A DNA stretch of 64,000 nt from the human T2T-CHM13v2.0 reference genome, Homo sapiens. The DNA lies in NCBI RefSeq assembly GCF_009914755.1, contig NC_060927.1. One strand, 5' to 3'. The translations under genes were made by a program, and so were the position numbers. Each line of letters begins with the position of its first letter. Position 1 is the stretch's first letter. The notes beneath the pieces are model-generated. The model saw nothing but the letters and a program-made list of their open reading frames with translations, did no database searches and was not told where the DNA came from. Below are positions 41,801 to 59,880 of the stretch, piece by piece.

Positions 41801-44800
41801 AATTTCCTTAAAAACTCATATACATAAATTATATATCTTATTATATATATCATATGTATATAATATACTACATATATAGTATATATATAATTCATTCATT
41901 GTATATGTAGTACATATATAATTCATATACTATGTAATATATATACAATTCATTTCTTATTCAGTTTGTTTCTTCTCTTTATCTCTATTTGGCTGAACAT
42001 GTGCTGTGTTTGTTCTGACTGCACTTTTTCCTTTAGTTGCTGGGCCCTTCAGATAAGATGTCAATTTTCCTTATCATCTCACTCAAGCTAGTTGTTGGAC
42101 TATCTCAATTGTCTTCCATACTACAAGTGGTGGAAGTAGGCAGTGATATAGAAACAGGCAGATTGCTGTACCACTAAAGAGGATCCTTGTCCAGCTTCAG
42201 GGTGTCAGAGGATTTACCTCATCCCTTCAGCTTCTGCTTGGCCACTTGGGGCCAAAAATCCAGCACACTTAACAAGGAACAGATGTCATCCTTGCCTCCA
42301 GTAATTTCTAGGTCTTTGCAGAGATGCCTGCCCCTCCGTGAGGCTCATGTTCAGGCTTGCCCAGCTCACAAGGAAGAAAAGCTCTAGTCTCACTTGCTTC
42401 CTGCTCTATGGTGAGGACAACTCATTATATGTAGGAATAAAGTGAAAAGGAGCTTCCTGCAGGTAATCAGCTTCCCAGAATTTCCCATAGATTACCTTAA
42501 TAATCAATATTGTGCATTTATTTTCTTTTTGATATTTTTAATTATTTTTCTTATTTTCCTGACTATCCACAAACAAAATGTTAAATAAGCATGTATGGAT
42601 TCAGCAGTATGCATTCAGTTTTAACACTGATCTTTCTCCCTCTCACCCCTTTTTGCCTTTATATTTTTATGCATCTGCTCCTACCACTCATACCTGTAAC
42701 ATCTCCTCTCAACTGATAAACATGTTGGGGAACGAGCATCGTGTAAGGAGTAGATGACTAGTATCTGAGAAACCACACCACATGTGTTCCCGCATCCAAA
42801 CTAGCTTTGCTTCCAGCATCTAGTCTTCGAACATTTTTGTGTCTAGATTGCCAAACCCCACTTTCCACCATCACCATCCACTAGTTGAGACTGTATCACT
42901 TTAACATCTTATTATCATAAAACAGATATTCTTAAAGTAACTTGAAAGAATATCATTTTGACTTGCTGGTCAACAGATACTGGCAGTCATTTCTATCATG
43001 TCAATGCTGAACATGGCAATAAGAAAAGAATCAGTTTGAGATGTGGGTTTTTGCCTTATTTTCCTTGTTTATACCTGATAATGCATTTTTTATAATAATA
43101 GATAATTTAAATAAAGGCTGCATCTTGTTAAGCACTCAGCTCCATCCCTGACTTTATGGGTGTCTAGAAATCAGATTCTTTAAAATACAACATTGTTAAA
43201 AATTTTACTAAATTTAATCAGAATAAATGGACTCATACTAGACAGAAAAGCTATGGACTTGCTAGACTCATGGAATACAGCTTTTTAGTAGCACTTTAAA
43301 AATCCATGAATATATTAAATATTTCTTTACAATATATTTTTTACATTAAAGGCTTTAATCAATCTGGAATTTATTTTTGCAGTTTTAGGACTAGTGTGAG
43401 GGAGATATCTAATTTCACCTTTTACACATAGTAAAACAATTCATCCCATATGATCTGTTTAAAATACCTACCCTTTTGCTAATGATTCTTATAATATTTT
43501 AAAATATAGTTTTATATTTAGAACTAAGAATTGTTCATGAGAACAATTCATGAGAACAATTCTTATTTCCTCTAACATACTAGCTTTATAAGGTAAATGT
43601 TAGACTAAAAAAAGGTTAAATCTAAATGATGATTTCCAATTATTAAAACAAATGAGAAAAAACTTCCAAATCTAAGAGAGATTATGATATTTTAGTCTAA
43701 GTTATTTTTATTAAAGTAATAGTCATTATACTCACTTTAAATCAGGCGGAAATGCTCTTCAAGATGGGTTTGAGAGCTTGATGATAGTTTCATATGTTGA
43801 AAAACTGAGTTGTGTCTGTCTTACTTTCTATCATATGACAGTTAAATCTCATGCATAATAGAAATTTTCTGCACTTCTGTCATGCCATTTTGAAAAAGTG
43901 GCATTAGCCTCATGGAGTTTCTGTCTGGCAAGACTGAGTTTCATTAAGTAAAACCTTTCACAAAATATTGAAAAAATCTGAGAGCTGGCAAGAAAAGATA
44001 CTGATGTTATATACACAAATATTTTTAAGGTAGAAAAATTGAAGTTTATAATTTGATAATTAATATTGCATTTGGAGCAAATGATTTCATTTTACTCATA
44101 TCAGAAAAGCTGTCAATCACAAACCTGAACATATCACCTTCTTCAGAGGCTGTGTTTTATTTTTAATTTTAAATACTTTCATAGAATCACTTTGTAGACT
44201 GGACACATTAAGAGAGTGTAATGTCTGATACTAATTACAGAAAGATATTGGTAGAAGCAGTCACATCTAATTATACATACTGAAACTGAAAAGAAATTTT
44301 TGAGGTATACGTCTTTGTATTAATTAATAAATTATTTTAGTTCTATATGTCCTGGTGAATAAAGAAACCTCTTAGTTTCTCTGATTGCTTAAGGAATATA
44401 TTCAAGAGAAGTAGAAAGTTTAGCATAAACATCAGGAATTTTCAAAGCTCCACTTAGAAACTTCATCTTCACCTTCACACTGGGGAAACAGCAATCAGAT
44501 ATTTTACTTAGTTTGAAATAGAGGGATGTAGTTTCATTTAGAGTAGAAATGAGAATTTCCTTGACACGTTTGCTTTGGGTAGTGTATTTAATTATCTAAT
44601 ATGCAAGAACTATTTAATTTTGAACTTTTTATATTTTATTTCCCTTTAATTTGGGGTTCTAAAGACAAATGAAGACAGAACAGCTGCTTCGTCTTTGTTG
44701 CAGCAGGTGATATTAAATGCCAACCAGGAATTTGGCCATCTATGATTACACTGGCAAATGTATATTTCTCCAAGGAACCAGTCAAACGAGACCATATTTT

Positions 44801-45423
44801 AGAAACATGGATTTTAATACTCTCAGGTTTAAGCTAAATTAACCAACTAGGTGAAGACAGGTCTAGCATTAACTACAATTGTCTAGAGTTCTCATTTGCC
44901 AGGTGGTTTAGGACAGATCTCAAGGAGAGGAAGAAATACATATCAAATATTTTCATTTGAAATGTATGTCCCTTGCTACACCTGTGAATACAGATGTATT
45001 ATATTTTAAATGTTTTGTTCTACAAATCTCAAAGCCCAGAGCTTTCACTTGCATGAATAACAAAAAAATCCAATCTTTATCAGATATCTTCGTCATCTAC
45101 TATTTTAGGTTTCTGAGGAGTAGTATATGTGTAGATAAGTAAGAGTTTGATTAGCATTTGATATTTTGTGATGTTATTGTGATGAAATATTCTAGGTTCT
45201 TTACCCTAGTGTTATTTCCTAATTTATTTAACAAATACTAATTGAGCAACTACTATAAGCAAGATATAATTCTAAATACTGGACATAATAAATAAACAAG
45301 ATAGTGGAGGTCTCAGGCTTCCTGGAGGCAGCTTTCTAGCATTACTGCTTTCACTTTTCTTCTGGATCATTGATACTATGGGTCTTTTGCTCATAATGCT
45401 GATTCGCTTTTGGGGCCTTAAAA

Positions 45424-45948
45424 TAGTATGAGTTCTCCAGAGAAGCAGAACCAATAGGATATAGAGAAAGATATAGATATGCAAGCACAGATTTATTATG
45501 AGGAATTGGCTCACACAATTACAGAGGCTAAGAAATCCCACTATCTGCTTTCTGTAACCTAGAGATGTAGGAAAGCCATGGGTGTAGTTCTCAGTCCAAA
45601 CCCAAAGGTCTGAGAACAAGGGGAGCCAGTGGTCTAGCTCCATATTCAAGTTCAAAGACCCAAGAACCAGGAATGCTGATGTCTAAGGACAGGAGAAGAT
45701 GGATGTTCCAGATCACAAAGAGAGAGAATAAATTTGCCCTTCCTCCACTTTTTTGTTCTAGTTGGGTGTTCAAGGGATTGAATGATATCTGCCCACTTTG
45801 GTAAGGATAATCTTCTTTGCTCAGTCTACCAACATAAATTCTAATCTCTTCTGGAAGCACCTTCACGACTTACTCAGAAATAACATTGTACCAGATATCT
45901 CAGTATCGCTTAATCCAGTCAGGTTGACACATAAAATTAATTACCTCC
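45424..45948 (-). mobile_element. MLT2 (ERVL) solo LTR
   Basis: gttctccagagaagcagaaccaataggatata...atttattatgaggaattggctcac...aatccagtcaggttgacacataaaattaa. Confidence 0.9.
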
Positions 45949-46121
45949 ATGTTGCCCATCAGTCACCTTTTTGAGGCTGTAGGTATTTTTTTGACTGCTC
46001 ACCTGGCTGCTTTTCTCAGGTCAACAGATAAATTTCTTTTGTGCCCTGGGACAAGCTCTTTCAAAGGTATTTATCACAACCAAGCTCTTGTACCTTTATA
46101 ACACAGTTCTTTCATTTATGT

Positions 46122-46290
46122 CAGTTGTTCCTAACCTTGGCTGTGAATCAGAATCAATTAGTGAGATGTTTAAAATATATATATAGATTCTTATTCTATT
46201 GAATTACAGTAATTGGTGGCAGAACCCAACAACCTCTATACTAAGAGAAAAAAAGAAAATAAAGCGAAACTTCTTAGAGGATTCTGATAG
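46122..46290. mobile_element. MER5-like DNA transposon fragment
   Basis: cagttgttcctaaccttggctgtgaatcagaatca...tttaaaata...gattctgat. Confidence 0.5.
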
Positions 46291-46859
46291 TGTGAAGCGC
46301 AGTCTCATATTTCACTTGGACCCGTTAATCCCTTCCAATCTAGACCCTGCTTCACAGTTTCACCCACCCTGGCATATTCATTTATGTGTTTGGTTTTGGC
46401 TTGTTTGTTTCAAGACCCCAATTTTCTTTTCCATCTATCAGACCCCACATGTGGATTTATTGTTCATCAGGAGAGTTTGAATATACCCAAACCCTAATTG
46501 TACATAAGTTCAAGTTCATTCTCACAGTGCTTCACAAATTTCAAAGTTGTGGTTTATATTTTTATATCCCTAGGCCGAGACCAGCATTTCACAATAGCAA
46601 CAAGTTTCTCTCAATGTTTACTGAAACTACAAAGGCTGATGTGTATGGAGAACAGAGAGAAACTTCAGTGGGTGGTAGTCTCTAAACCCAGGAAACTAAA
46701 TGAATATCACTTTTAACTCAGCCAAATTGCAGTTACTCATAAAATTTCTGTGGGAAAAGAACGTTATTAGAGATAAAGGCAAATATTAGAATCTAAGAAA
46801 AATATCTTTAGATTTGGCTAATGCTTCTGGGAATATAATGTTATCTAGAGAGAGGAGGA

Positions 46860-47085
46860 AAGTATGATGGTAGTGAAGCTCACTCGCTGAGGCAGAGCCA
46901 TTTGGATTCAAGTCCTGGCAATGACACATTCTAACAGGGTGGCGGAGATAAAATGCTTAAACTGTAAGGTCTAGTTTCACCTCACCAGAGCAGAAATGCT
47001 AGCTGGACCTACATTATAGGGTTGTCTTGAATATTAATTAAGACAATACATTAAGCACTTAATGTAGTGCTTAACACTTCTTTGT
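46860..47085 (+). mobile_element. MIR
   Basis: ggattcaagtcctggc...cttaaactgt...agtttcacctc...ctacattatagggttgtc...aagcacttaa. Confidence 0.6.
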
Positions 47086-47637
47086 AAGGATTCAAGACAC
47101 AACTAACTCTTCTTAATATAATTATTATTGGCACTACTATAATTTTCGTGAGTAAATATATGAAGTAGGGAGCTTTAGGTAGAACTTTTTCCTGGGTAAG
47201 TTCTATAATCAAAGTTAAGGCATGTACCAATAAACATTTTCTGCCCATAGTAATTACATAAGAGCTATCATAAAAGGTTTTCTCTTTTTTGGTGGGGCAG
47301 GGGGATGGTGGGGGGGTGGGAATTTTCTCACTGTTTCTTAGGCTGTCATGAAGCGGTCTGCTCCTTTAAAGTAAAAAAAAAAAAAATCACCCTCTTATGA
47401 TTTAGCTATCAATTGGGCTATCATGTTTATATTCACAAAATATTTGCAATAACTTAAGAATGTATTTGACAAGCTATTTCTGCTTAAGTTAGAGAATCTC
47501 AAAAGATTACAAAATTTGTCTGGGACTAACATCCTGAAAAATTTACTGTAGGCAAAAAAGGGTCCTTGACAATTTCTGTTATGAAAAGTTACTTTCTAAA
47601 TAAACTGTGTACAAATCAATGTAAGGGGCAACTTTAG

Positions 47638-48437
<800 letters not shown>

Positions 48438-51400
48438 AATACTATCAGTATAATGATCTGACTTCATTTAGAAGAATTACAAGGGAATTAGTTCATCTTA
48501 ATTTTACCTATATCTACTTCTAAACATTTCTGGAAGTCATCACTGGTACATTGCTCAATATCTAATCTAAAGTAGACTCCATAGAACACAGGCGTTGGTC
48601 TGAAAAACATGCAATATAAGATAATGAAATCTAGTGTAATTCCCTTCCTTTTTATGTTGAATCGATTTTTTTGTAAGAATAAGCATTTGTAATAAAATTG
48701 AGTATATTTTCTATATTAATTTGCATTTGTTTATTCCAGAAGGTAGTCCAAGGATATGTTGATAATGCAGAAAACATTGTAAATATATCATTAATACAAT
48801 TAAAACTGAAATATATAGTTTTTTGAATAAGTCTATTTTTGTTTCATACCATAATGTAAACAGTTGGTTTTCAAAAGAAAATCTGCTTATCTATGTTAAT
48901 CATTTCTAAATGATTATAATTTAAAAGCCTTAGATTCTCTCCCGGTTGTAGCTCCAGAATTTCTATTCTAGGAAAATTCTAGGACTTGGTTTTCTGGAAA
49001 GGAGTAGAAAAATATATCTTTACAAGGTGGAAATACAGCAAGGTCATTGCTGTGACATAGAGCTTTTTTGTTTGCAATGGCTTGAGCAAACAAATGGTTA
49101 TGTGGCAGTGAGGGAATGTTCCACCCCCTTTGTGCTGCCATGGGCCCCTCTCTCAATAACTATCGCAAAAATAAAATTGACTTCAGCTACTTCAACGGTA
49201 AAAGGAGGAGAATTAAGAAACCGTAAATCTTTTACATCTTAAGTTACAGGTTCTGTGCTTTTTAGTAATCAAAACTTAAGTTAAAAATACAACCAAATGC
49301 AAGTTAAATGAATAATAAAACTAAAGATATGTTATAATGCATTCTAAAAATAAGAGATTTCCCTATATTGTACTTTCGAATCTACATTAGAACTGTTGTA
49401 CATTTTGTGGATACCTATGATTTCCAAATACATTTCAATATGAAAAATAATAATTCTACTATGAAACATAAAAAAGAACATTAAACAAAGATTTTTTGGT
49501 TAATGAACATAATGGAGATTTGGCCTCAGGGGAATGATGATAATGAAAATGGTCATATATTATGAGAGTTACCATTCTATTGAATGACAAGATCCATTCC
49601 TTCCTTTTGGCATAGAAAAACACTCTATAGAACCAAAGGGACCTAATTCTCGTCTATGTTTTATCTACAATGTGAATAAATTTTCCTAATTAAACATATG
49701 TATTAATAGAGAATTTTATGCTTTCAAACTTTCCTCAGCTCTTTCTTTCCTGAAACCTTAATAATGGAGACACTAAGTCCATTTCTCTAACACCTTCGCA
49801 CAGGACATTAGAGATAAAAACAACCCTCTTCCTCTGGCATAAGCTTAATTTTCCGCCTTGGAAAAACAAATGTTTATACAATTTGATTTTATTTATACCA
49901 TTCTATGCAATGAATTTCTACATTACTTTGACACATTTGCGACTCCCCTTTACTTTCTAGTATGAAAGTCTAATTGACTGGCTGTCCTTCAATGTATCCC
50001 AAAAATAGAGGCCTGTATTACAAGGCAGACATCTAATGAGATCACAAACCAGAATGAATGTATATGATTCTCCCTTTGTTCCATAAATCCCCAAAAGCAA
50101 TATGAAAAAATTTGAGAAACAAAATTATTAATAAAAGAAAAACTCCTTACAATCTCATTCTAATGGAATATGCAGAAGAAATATGAATCATATTGCACAG
50201 GGCTTAAGTTGATAAAATGTTAGGCTGATGGATCTTTATGGAAAATATATGTGCTTCTTCATAGGGAAACGCACATGCGAGCTTTCATAGCTTCCACAAT
50301 ATACTTGAATAATATTTCCTTCACTTGCTGAATAATCATACAAAATGAGAAAATATATAATGGTGGAGTCTAAAGATCTACCTCTTAGTTTCACTCAAAA
50401 TATTCACTTTTTTTTTGAATTAGTCTCTAGTTAATGACAACAGTAAACACAACTGACATCAAAACTGGGATTTATCTCTATCACTACCATGTTAAGTCGC
50501 ATACCAAGTTTGTTTACCTTTGATAACCCAACTCCCACATAAAAGCACATTGTTAAAATGTCCCAAAATCCTACATAACTACTTTCAGCCTATTACCCAC
50601 TTTTTTGTACTTCTGACGAGTAGAATAAAGATCAAGAGATTGGTCCTGGTACAGATCAGGTTCTCATCAGAGTGAATTGATTTCTCTAATCAGCAACATA
50701 TTTTTTATAAGAAATCAAAACCAATGTTTGGAGATTTCTTGATTTTCTAATGTTTTGTTTTTATCTTTTTAAAGTAGCCTTAAGATAAAGTGAAGTTGAA
50801 GTTAGAGGAAAAACAGTTATACAATCCAGAAGTTTGTTGACAAAACTTTTTTGATGTCTTCCAATTTATAATGGAAAGTGAACTTTGCCGAATAGCACAA
50901 AAAACAAGTGAATCACATTACTCTTAGTCAAAAGTTTAAATGCAAAACAGTTCAGAAAATCCTCATGTTTAAGTTTTCGGCCTTTGTACCAAATTCTTAC
51001 TTTATGAGCAGTTTATTCTATGTGAAAAACAAATATCTGTATACCTAGCCATGAAAGTACTAAATGGAGATGGTAGAGCTATTATTCATTGTAAGAATAA
51101 CTGAAGTCCAAAGTTAGTGAGTTGGTCTTTTACATATCCTTTCATATGTGAAGTAAATTGATTTTATAATTGACGTCTCCAGTCATAAGCAGGAGTATAA
51201 TTAAAATAGGTAATATTTCTAAATAGTTTCTCTTTCAAAGTCCTGTTTTCTGTAATTGAATGATCTAGAGTAGCAGTCTAAAAGTATGAGAGTAGTGGGA
51301 TAATTTAACTAATTTCAATCAACTATTTATTTTTTTATTTTTTAAGTCCTATGGTCAAATACCCTTGCTTCTACTTGTTGCAACACTGTAATTTTATTAT

Positions 51401-51454
51401 TTTGTGACAACAAGAACACATCCTCTAAAATATTTTTATTGTAAAACGTATTGT

Positions 51455-52628
51455 TTAGCTGGACTTCCATAAAATTAAGAACTTTTGCTCTACAAAAGAC
51501 ATCTCAAGAGAATGAGAATACAAACTACAGACTGGGAGGAAAGATTTGCAAAAGACATATCTGATAAAGGACAGTTACCCAAAATATAGAAAGAACTATT
51601 AAATCTCAATGATAAAATAAACACTCAGATTAAAAAATGAGCAAATACCTAATTATGTACCTCATCAAAGATATATAGATGGCAAGTAAGTATATAAAAA
51701 TATTTTCAACATCATATATCATTAGGGAATTTAAAATTAAAACAACAATGAGACACTACTGCATACCAATTAGAATGGCCAAAACCTCTAACAATGACAA
51801 CACCAAATACTGGCAATGATAAGGAGCAACAGGAACTCCCATTCATTCCTGGTAGGATGGCAATATGTTACAGCCACTTTGGAAGACAATTTGATAGTTT
51901 CTTACAAAAACTAAATATACTCTTATCATATGATCCAGCAATCACACTCTGGTATTTGCCAAAATGGTTGAAACATATATCCAAACAAAAACTTGCATAC
52001 AGATATTTAAAGCAGCTTTATTTATAATTTCCAAAAACTAAAAGCAACCAATATATCCTTCAGTAGGTAAATGGACAAATAAACTGTTGTACATCCACAC
52101 AATTGAATATTATTCAAGTATTTAGTCCAAAAAGAGATGAGCTATCAAACCATGAAAAGACACAGAAAACTTCAAGGCATATTACTAAATGAAAGAAGCC
52201 AATCTGAAAAGGCTGCTTACTGTGTGACTGCAACTATTTGACATTCTGGAAAACTATGCAGAAGGTAAAAAGATTAGGGATTGTTAAGAGTTGTGAGAGG
52301 GAGGATTATATGAGTGGAACACAGATCATTTTGAGGGCAATGAAACTATTCTGTATGATACTACAGTACTGGTATCATTATACATCATTATACATTGTTA
52401 AAAACCCATAGCATGTACACTACCAAGAATAAATCTTAATGTAAATTATAGACTTTGTGTGATAATTATATGTTAATGTAGGTACATCAGTTATAACAAA
52501 TGTACCATTCTGGTGGGGGATAACAGCGGGGAAAAATAGGGGAATGGTATGTGGGAACTCCATACTTCTTTTCAATTTCGCTGTAAACCTAAAACTGCTC
52601 TAAAAAATAAAGCTTATGATTTTTAAAA
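51455..52628 (+). mobile_element. L1MC/L1MD-type 3' end (ORF2 C-terminus and 3' UTR)
   Basis: aaaattaagaacttttgctctacaaaagaca...tatctgataaagg...gaaagaagccaatctgaaaaggct...ctgtaaacctaaaactgctctaaaaaataaa. Confidence 0.85.
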
Positions 52629-53479
52629 AAATTGCTTGAAATATATTTTTTGTGAGTTTTCAAGATGATGCTCCCTTTCAATTATGTTTCAATATTATCA
52701 AACTGTGTTTTCTGTCCTATTCTTTCTCAGCATTGTATGGGGAGATTTATTTGTCTCCTATTTGCAAAAAAGCAGAAGGAAAAGTAAAGTTGCATAGCTC
52801 TTCTCACTTTTTGTTTTGATGTTTATAGCTTATCCCTTTCAGACTTTAACCTTATATGAAGCTATTGCTCTGCCATAATACCTAGCTTTATATGGGGGAG
52901 CAAAATGACATCCATTTACGTCATATTGCTCAACATTATTCTGCTCCCCTTTTGGTCATGCTACATAACCACCTAAACCATTCCTGGATTTTGTCTTTCT
53001 TTTTTTCCAGAACATTCCAGATAATATTCCCCTAGTGAAAGCATCCATTACTTCCAGAATCTAATTCAGTGGTCTGTGAATCAATTTTTTAAATGATGGT
53101 TAAGAATCATAGGCTATATAATGTTTTCATCCATTCCTTTATTCTTTCCATTTTGGTCCTTAAAATTTGCATTGTTTGAATATATTTTAAAATATTGTTA
53201 CTGTTGGAGTAGGTGCAAAACTCTGGCCATTGCAAGTAATAACTACCAAGTTTTCTTTCTGGTCAACTCAATTCCTCCACTCTCGATTTATACACAGAGA
53301 ATGGATATGAGTTAAATTCATTCCTCACTATCTTCATTGACATTTTCCCCTCTTTCTGGTTCAGAAACTTTTGCAAGACACAAGCTTACCTGCCACTCTA
53401 GATCAATTCAGCCATGCCTCTTCAGGCCTTGGCCACTTGCCTGGTTTCTTGGCCAGATCAGCTGTAGCAGAAGCTATTC

Positions 53480-54016
53480 CGAGAGTTGTAGAGTTCTGAT
53501 AGCCACTGCTGATACCAACACTGCAGACTGAAGCACCCTTTGCTTGGTGCCAACTGACAGAAAGAGACCCCTATGCCTACACAGTGTCTGGCTTATGGCC
53601 AATAAAGCTTGGGTTTCCCTGGATGCTTCCTAGAGAATTGGCCAGGTTAAACAAACAAACAAAAAAACCTTCTGGGATATGGATGTCCTGAGGGTAAGAC
53701 TTTGACCAAAGGCAGAAACAAAGCAGGAAAGATTCAGCAAATAAGTTGCTCCCTCTCCTCCCCAGCTGACTGTTTCCAACTCGGGTTTCCATGTCGCTTC
53801 TCTGAATATGTCCTATGTAACTTAGCAACAGTGTGTGTCGAGGCAAAGCTGTGGCCAGCTCTGAAATGCACCATCTTGTGTTTGCTCTTCCACATTCCTG
53901 CCTTCACTCTCCTATATCCTTGACTCTTGCTTCCCTGGGAATGTATCTCCCAATACAACATTAACCTGTTAGTTTTTGCCCTAGGCCCTGTATTCAGAAG
54001 AATCAGTATTAAGACC
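53480..54016 (+). mobile_element. LTR16-like ERVL LTR
   Basis: cttccctgggaat...cccaata...ctaggccctgtattcagaagaatcagtattaagac-type 3' end. Confidence 0.5.
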
Positions 54017-54021
54017 ATGTG

Positions 54022-54023
<2 letters not shown>

Positions 54024-54062
<39 letters not shown>

Positions 54063-54102
54063 AGAGAGAGAGAGACAGAGACAGAGACAAGAGAGAGAGA
54101 GA
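54024..54102. repeat. (TG)n-(GA)n microsatellite
   Basis: Direct reading. Confidence 0.95.
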
Positions 54103-54480
54103 AACCCCAAACTGTGTTTGTAAGCCTATTCTGTTTCAACAAGTAGTCAGTATAATTCCCAACTTGGTTTTAGCATATATATATTTTTTTAAGCATAAGC
54201 CTATGGTGCTACTTTTCCTGTAATTTTCATGGATGTTTAATGGGCTATTTAGAAAGAATCACCATGGAACCTCTAATCCACCATTATTTTATACTGGTGT
54301 ATAAACATCTCATTTTATCACTTCTTTTTATCAGTCTTAATTTCATAATATCAGAGACTATGAGAAATCTTAGGAAGACAGAAATCATATCAGATTGCAT
54401 TGAAAATGAAAACCACAGCCCAAGAGAGTAATTCTTACACTAATTTTGGATTGCTGTAAGAGTACTTCCCACATAGTGGT

Positions 54481-57086
<2,606 letters not shown>

Positions 57087-57419
57087 GTGGTGAAAGGTAC
57101 AAGAAAATGTGGAGTAAGGAGAAAGCAATAGAGTAGTAAGTTGGATTCAGAGTAGGTGCAGCCAAGTAGATTAATTCTGGTACATTTCTTTCCCAACTCC
57201 ATTGGACAATGTGGCAACACTAGGCAGGAACAGTTTACATGGCAGTTTATTAAGGATAGAGGAGTAAATGGAGACTTCTGGGAGACACGGGGAGCATCCA
57301 TGCTCAGGAACATAGCACGTCTCCTGAATTCACTGAATTCACTGAAAACAGCCGTCACCCAATCCACAGCAGCTTCTCCTGTCCTCAAACACTGTACAGA
57401 AAAATACAATGCAGAAAGA

Positions 57420-59880
57420 CAGTATCAAATCTAACAAAGAATACCATTGAGGGGGAAATTCTGATAATCAAGAGGCAAGCAACTCAACAATTGAAATAAC
57501 TTATCTCTGTAGAAACAGAGTAAGGAAAATATAACTTTAAAATAACTTTAATTTTAATCCTCTGAAAGATGTTAGCAGAATGATATAGCCATGAAAAGGC
57601 ATCATAACAATTAAAATTTCTACCATTTGAATTGCCTTCTTAGCAAACAAAAGAATCTGCAGAGAGAGACGATTAGTGAGTTGCAAATTTAGGCAGAGAC
57701 ATTCTCCCAGAAAACAAAACCAAAGTTTGAAAAGGCAAGACATTGAATAAAACCTAGAAGTTCTGATATCTAATTAGATTTTGAGAATGTGAAAATAGAA
57801 AATATTTGCAATGATTTGCTAAGCAGAAAAGAAGGGATTCTATAAATAATATTGATCAGCATATAGAACTTCAGGAATACATAACATAATCTAATTTTAA
57901 CAACATAATTTTAGGAAAAATATGTTCACTCTGCTTGTAGTGAAACTAATTTTGTATGTAAAAGGTCATTTTGTTCATTCTAGTATATTCTATGCTGGAA
58001 CTGAATAGAAAAATCACAAGTTCTGAGTAGCAGGAATAGTCTATTGATCTTGAAACAGTCTAAAACAGAGCTGAAAAAAATGTGTTGTTATCAGAAAATT
58101 TTGGCACATAGTAAATTATACTACAAATACATTTAACTATAAACTATAAAAGGAACAACCCCACTGTATCTTTAATTGACTATGTAATGATGACTTGCTA
58201 TTTTGTTAAGAAAATAACAGTGGAATATGATATTTGAATATCTTCTAATATTTTATTGCTGTGTTCTGTCATTTGGTGTCTCTTTAGTGATTGTCCCTTA
58301 TATGTAAGATAAAAATATGACAGAACTAAATTTGGGGAGTGGAATATGCTGTGAATTCACATACTAGACTCTTGAACACAGAAAACTTTTAATGGTATCA
58401 AGATATAAGATGAGATAGTAAAAAACAGAACAGATAGAATTAACAATATGGTTTCATTTTTGTTCAGTGAGAAGACAATAGATGATGATAACTCTAATTT
58501 TTTACAAAAGTAGGTTTAAACAGATGTAATACAAGTTTGAGAGGAATTATTGGAATAGAAGTAGAGACATAACTTAAAAGTGGCCGAATAAAATCAGTGG
58601 AAAAAATATCACAATCACAAAAGATAAAAAGTGGGATAGAGAACTGGAAATATATAGAAAACATTATAACAGAGAAACTATAGGGTCACACAAGGCAATA
58701 ATCACAATTTAGGTAAATAAAAATATACCTGAAATTTATCTACTAAAAGACAAAGAGTCAAGAATAAGCTAAAAAATAATTCATAATATGCTATTTACAA
58801 AGACAAACTTGCAATAAGAAAGAAAAAAAATTAAGTAAAGAGATATAAATATAATTGTATTGGTCAGGTTTCTCTAGAGAGAAACAAAGCCAATTGTCTT
58901 TGCCAGGTATCAAAACTCAAAACAATAGCAATTTAAAAGTATAGTTCTAATGCCAGAAGAGAACATACCAGTGGAACATAAATGATGTGGGTGGTATTTC
59001 AAAGTAGAGTTGAAAGGATAGACTACTTTGCAAATTACCCCCAGGAAACTGGAAATTAATTTTGAAAAAAAAAAAAGCCTAATTCACAACATTGAATAAA
59101 GTCTCAGTAAATTCCTAAATGTATTGTTCAGAAAAATCTGGAATATGCTCATAATGCTGATGTATGAAGAGATTTTTTTTGAAAAAGAAAAAGCAACAAA
59201 ATAAAAAATTATATATATCTAAATGTAAAACAGTATCAAAAGACAACATAAATAAGGCTAAAAGACTCAGGAAAAGTATATATATCATTACAGCAAAATA
59301 TTTATACGTAGAATATAGGAACAATTCAAATCATTAGGAAAATGAAAAATATCCAATAGAAATCTAGGCCTAAGATGTGCATTTTGTAGAGAAAAAATAG
59401 GCAATTAAAAATGAGAGACCTAATCTCAGAAGTCAGCAAAAAAATGGAAATTAAAGCAACAAAAAACACCATTTTACCCCTTAGACTGGTACATATAGAA
59501 TAAAAATATTGGTGAAACATATTTGATATACACATGATTTGTAATGATTTAATATAAGACAGATACTTTGAAAGTCATTTTGGTAGTAACTATTAAAATT
59601 TTAAGCAAAGCATCAAGTTCTTAAGACCTACCAAGAGAAGTACTTATATCTGCACATGAACAAATATTTAAAGAATAGTCACTGACTCAACTAGTATAAA
59701 TTGAGGCAATCTAAATATCCATTCATACAGGGAATAGTTAAATAAACATTTATGTGCCCATATGATGCAATGTTATACTCTAGTTGAGTGATACAGATGA
59801 ATAAGTACTGATGTGGAAGGAAAGCAAATCACTAAACAATAGCTAACAAACACCAAAAGAAATAGGTAACTAACACCTAC
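57420..59880 (+). mobile_element. decayed L1ME-like fragments
   Basis: A-rich text with L1 ORF1/ORF2/3' phrases (atatgctatttacaaagaca, caccattttacccc, caatctaaatatccattcatacagggaatagttaaataaa). Confidence 0.55.
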
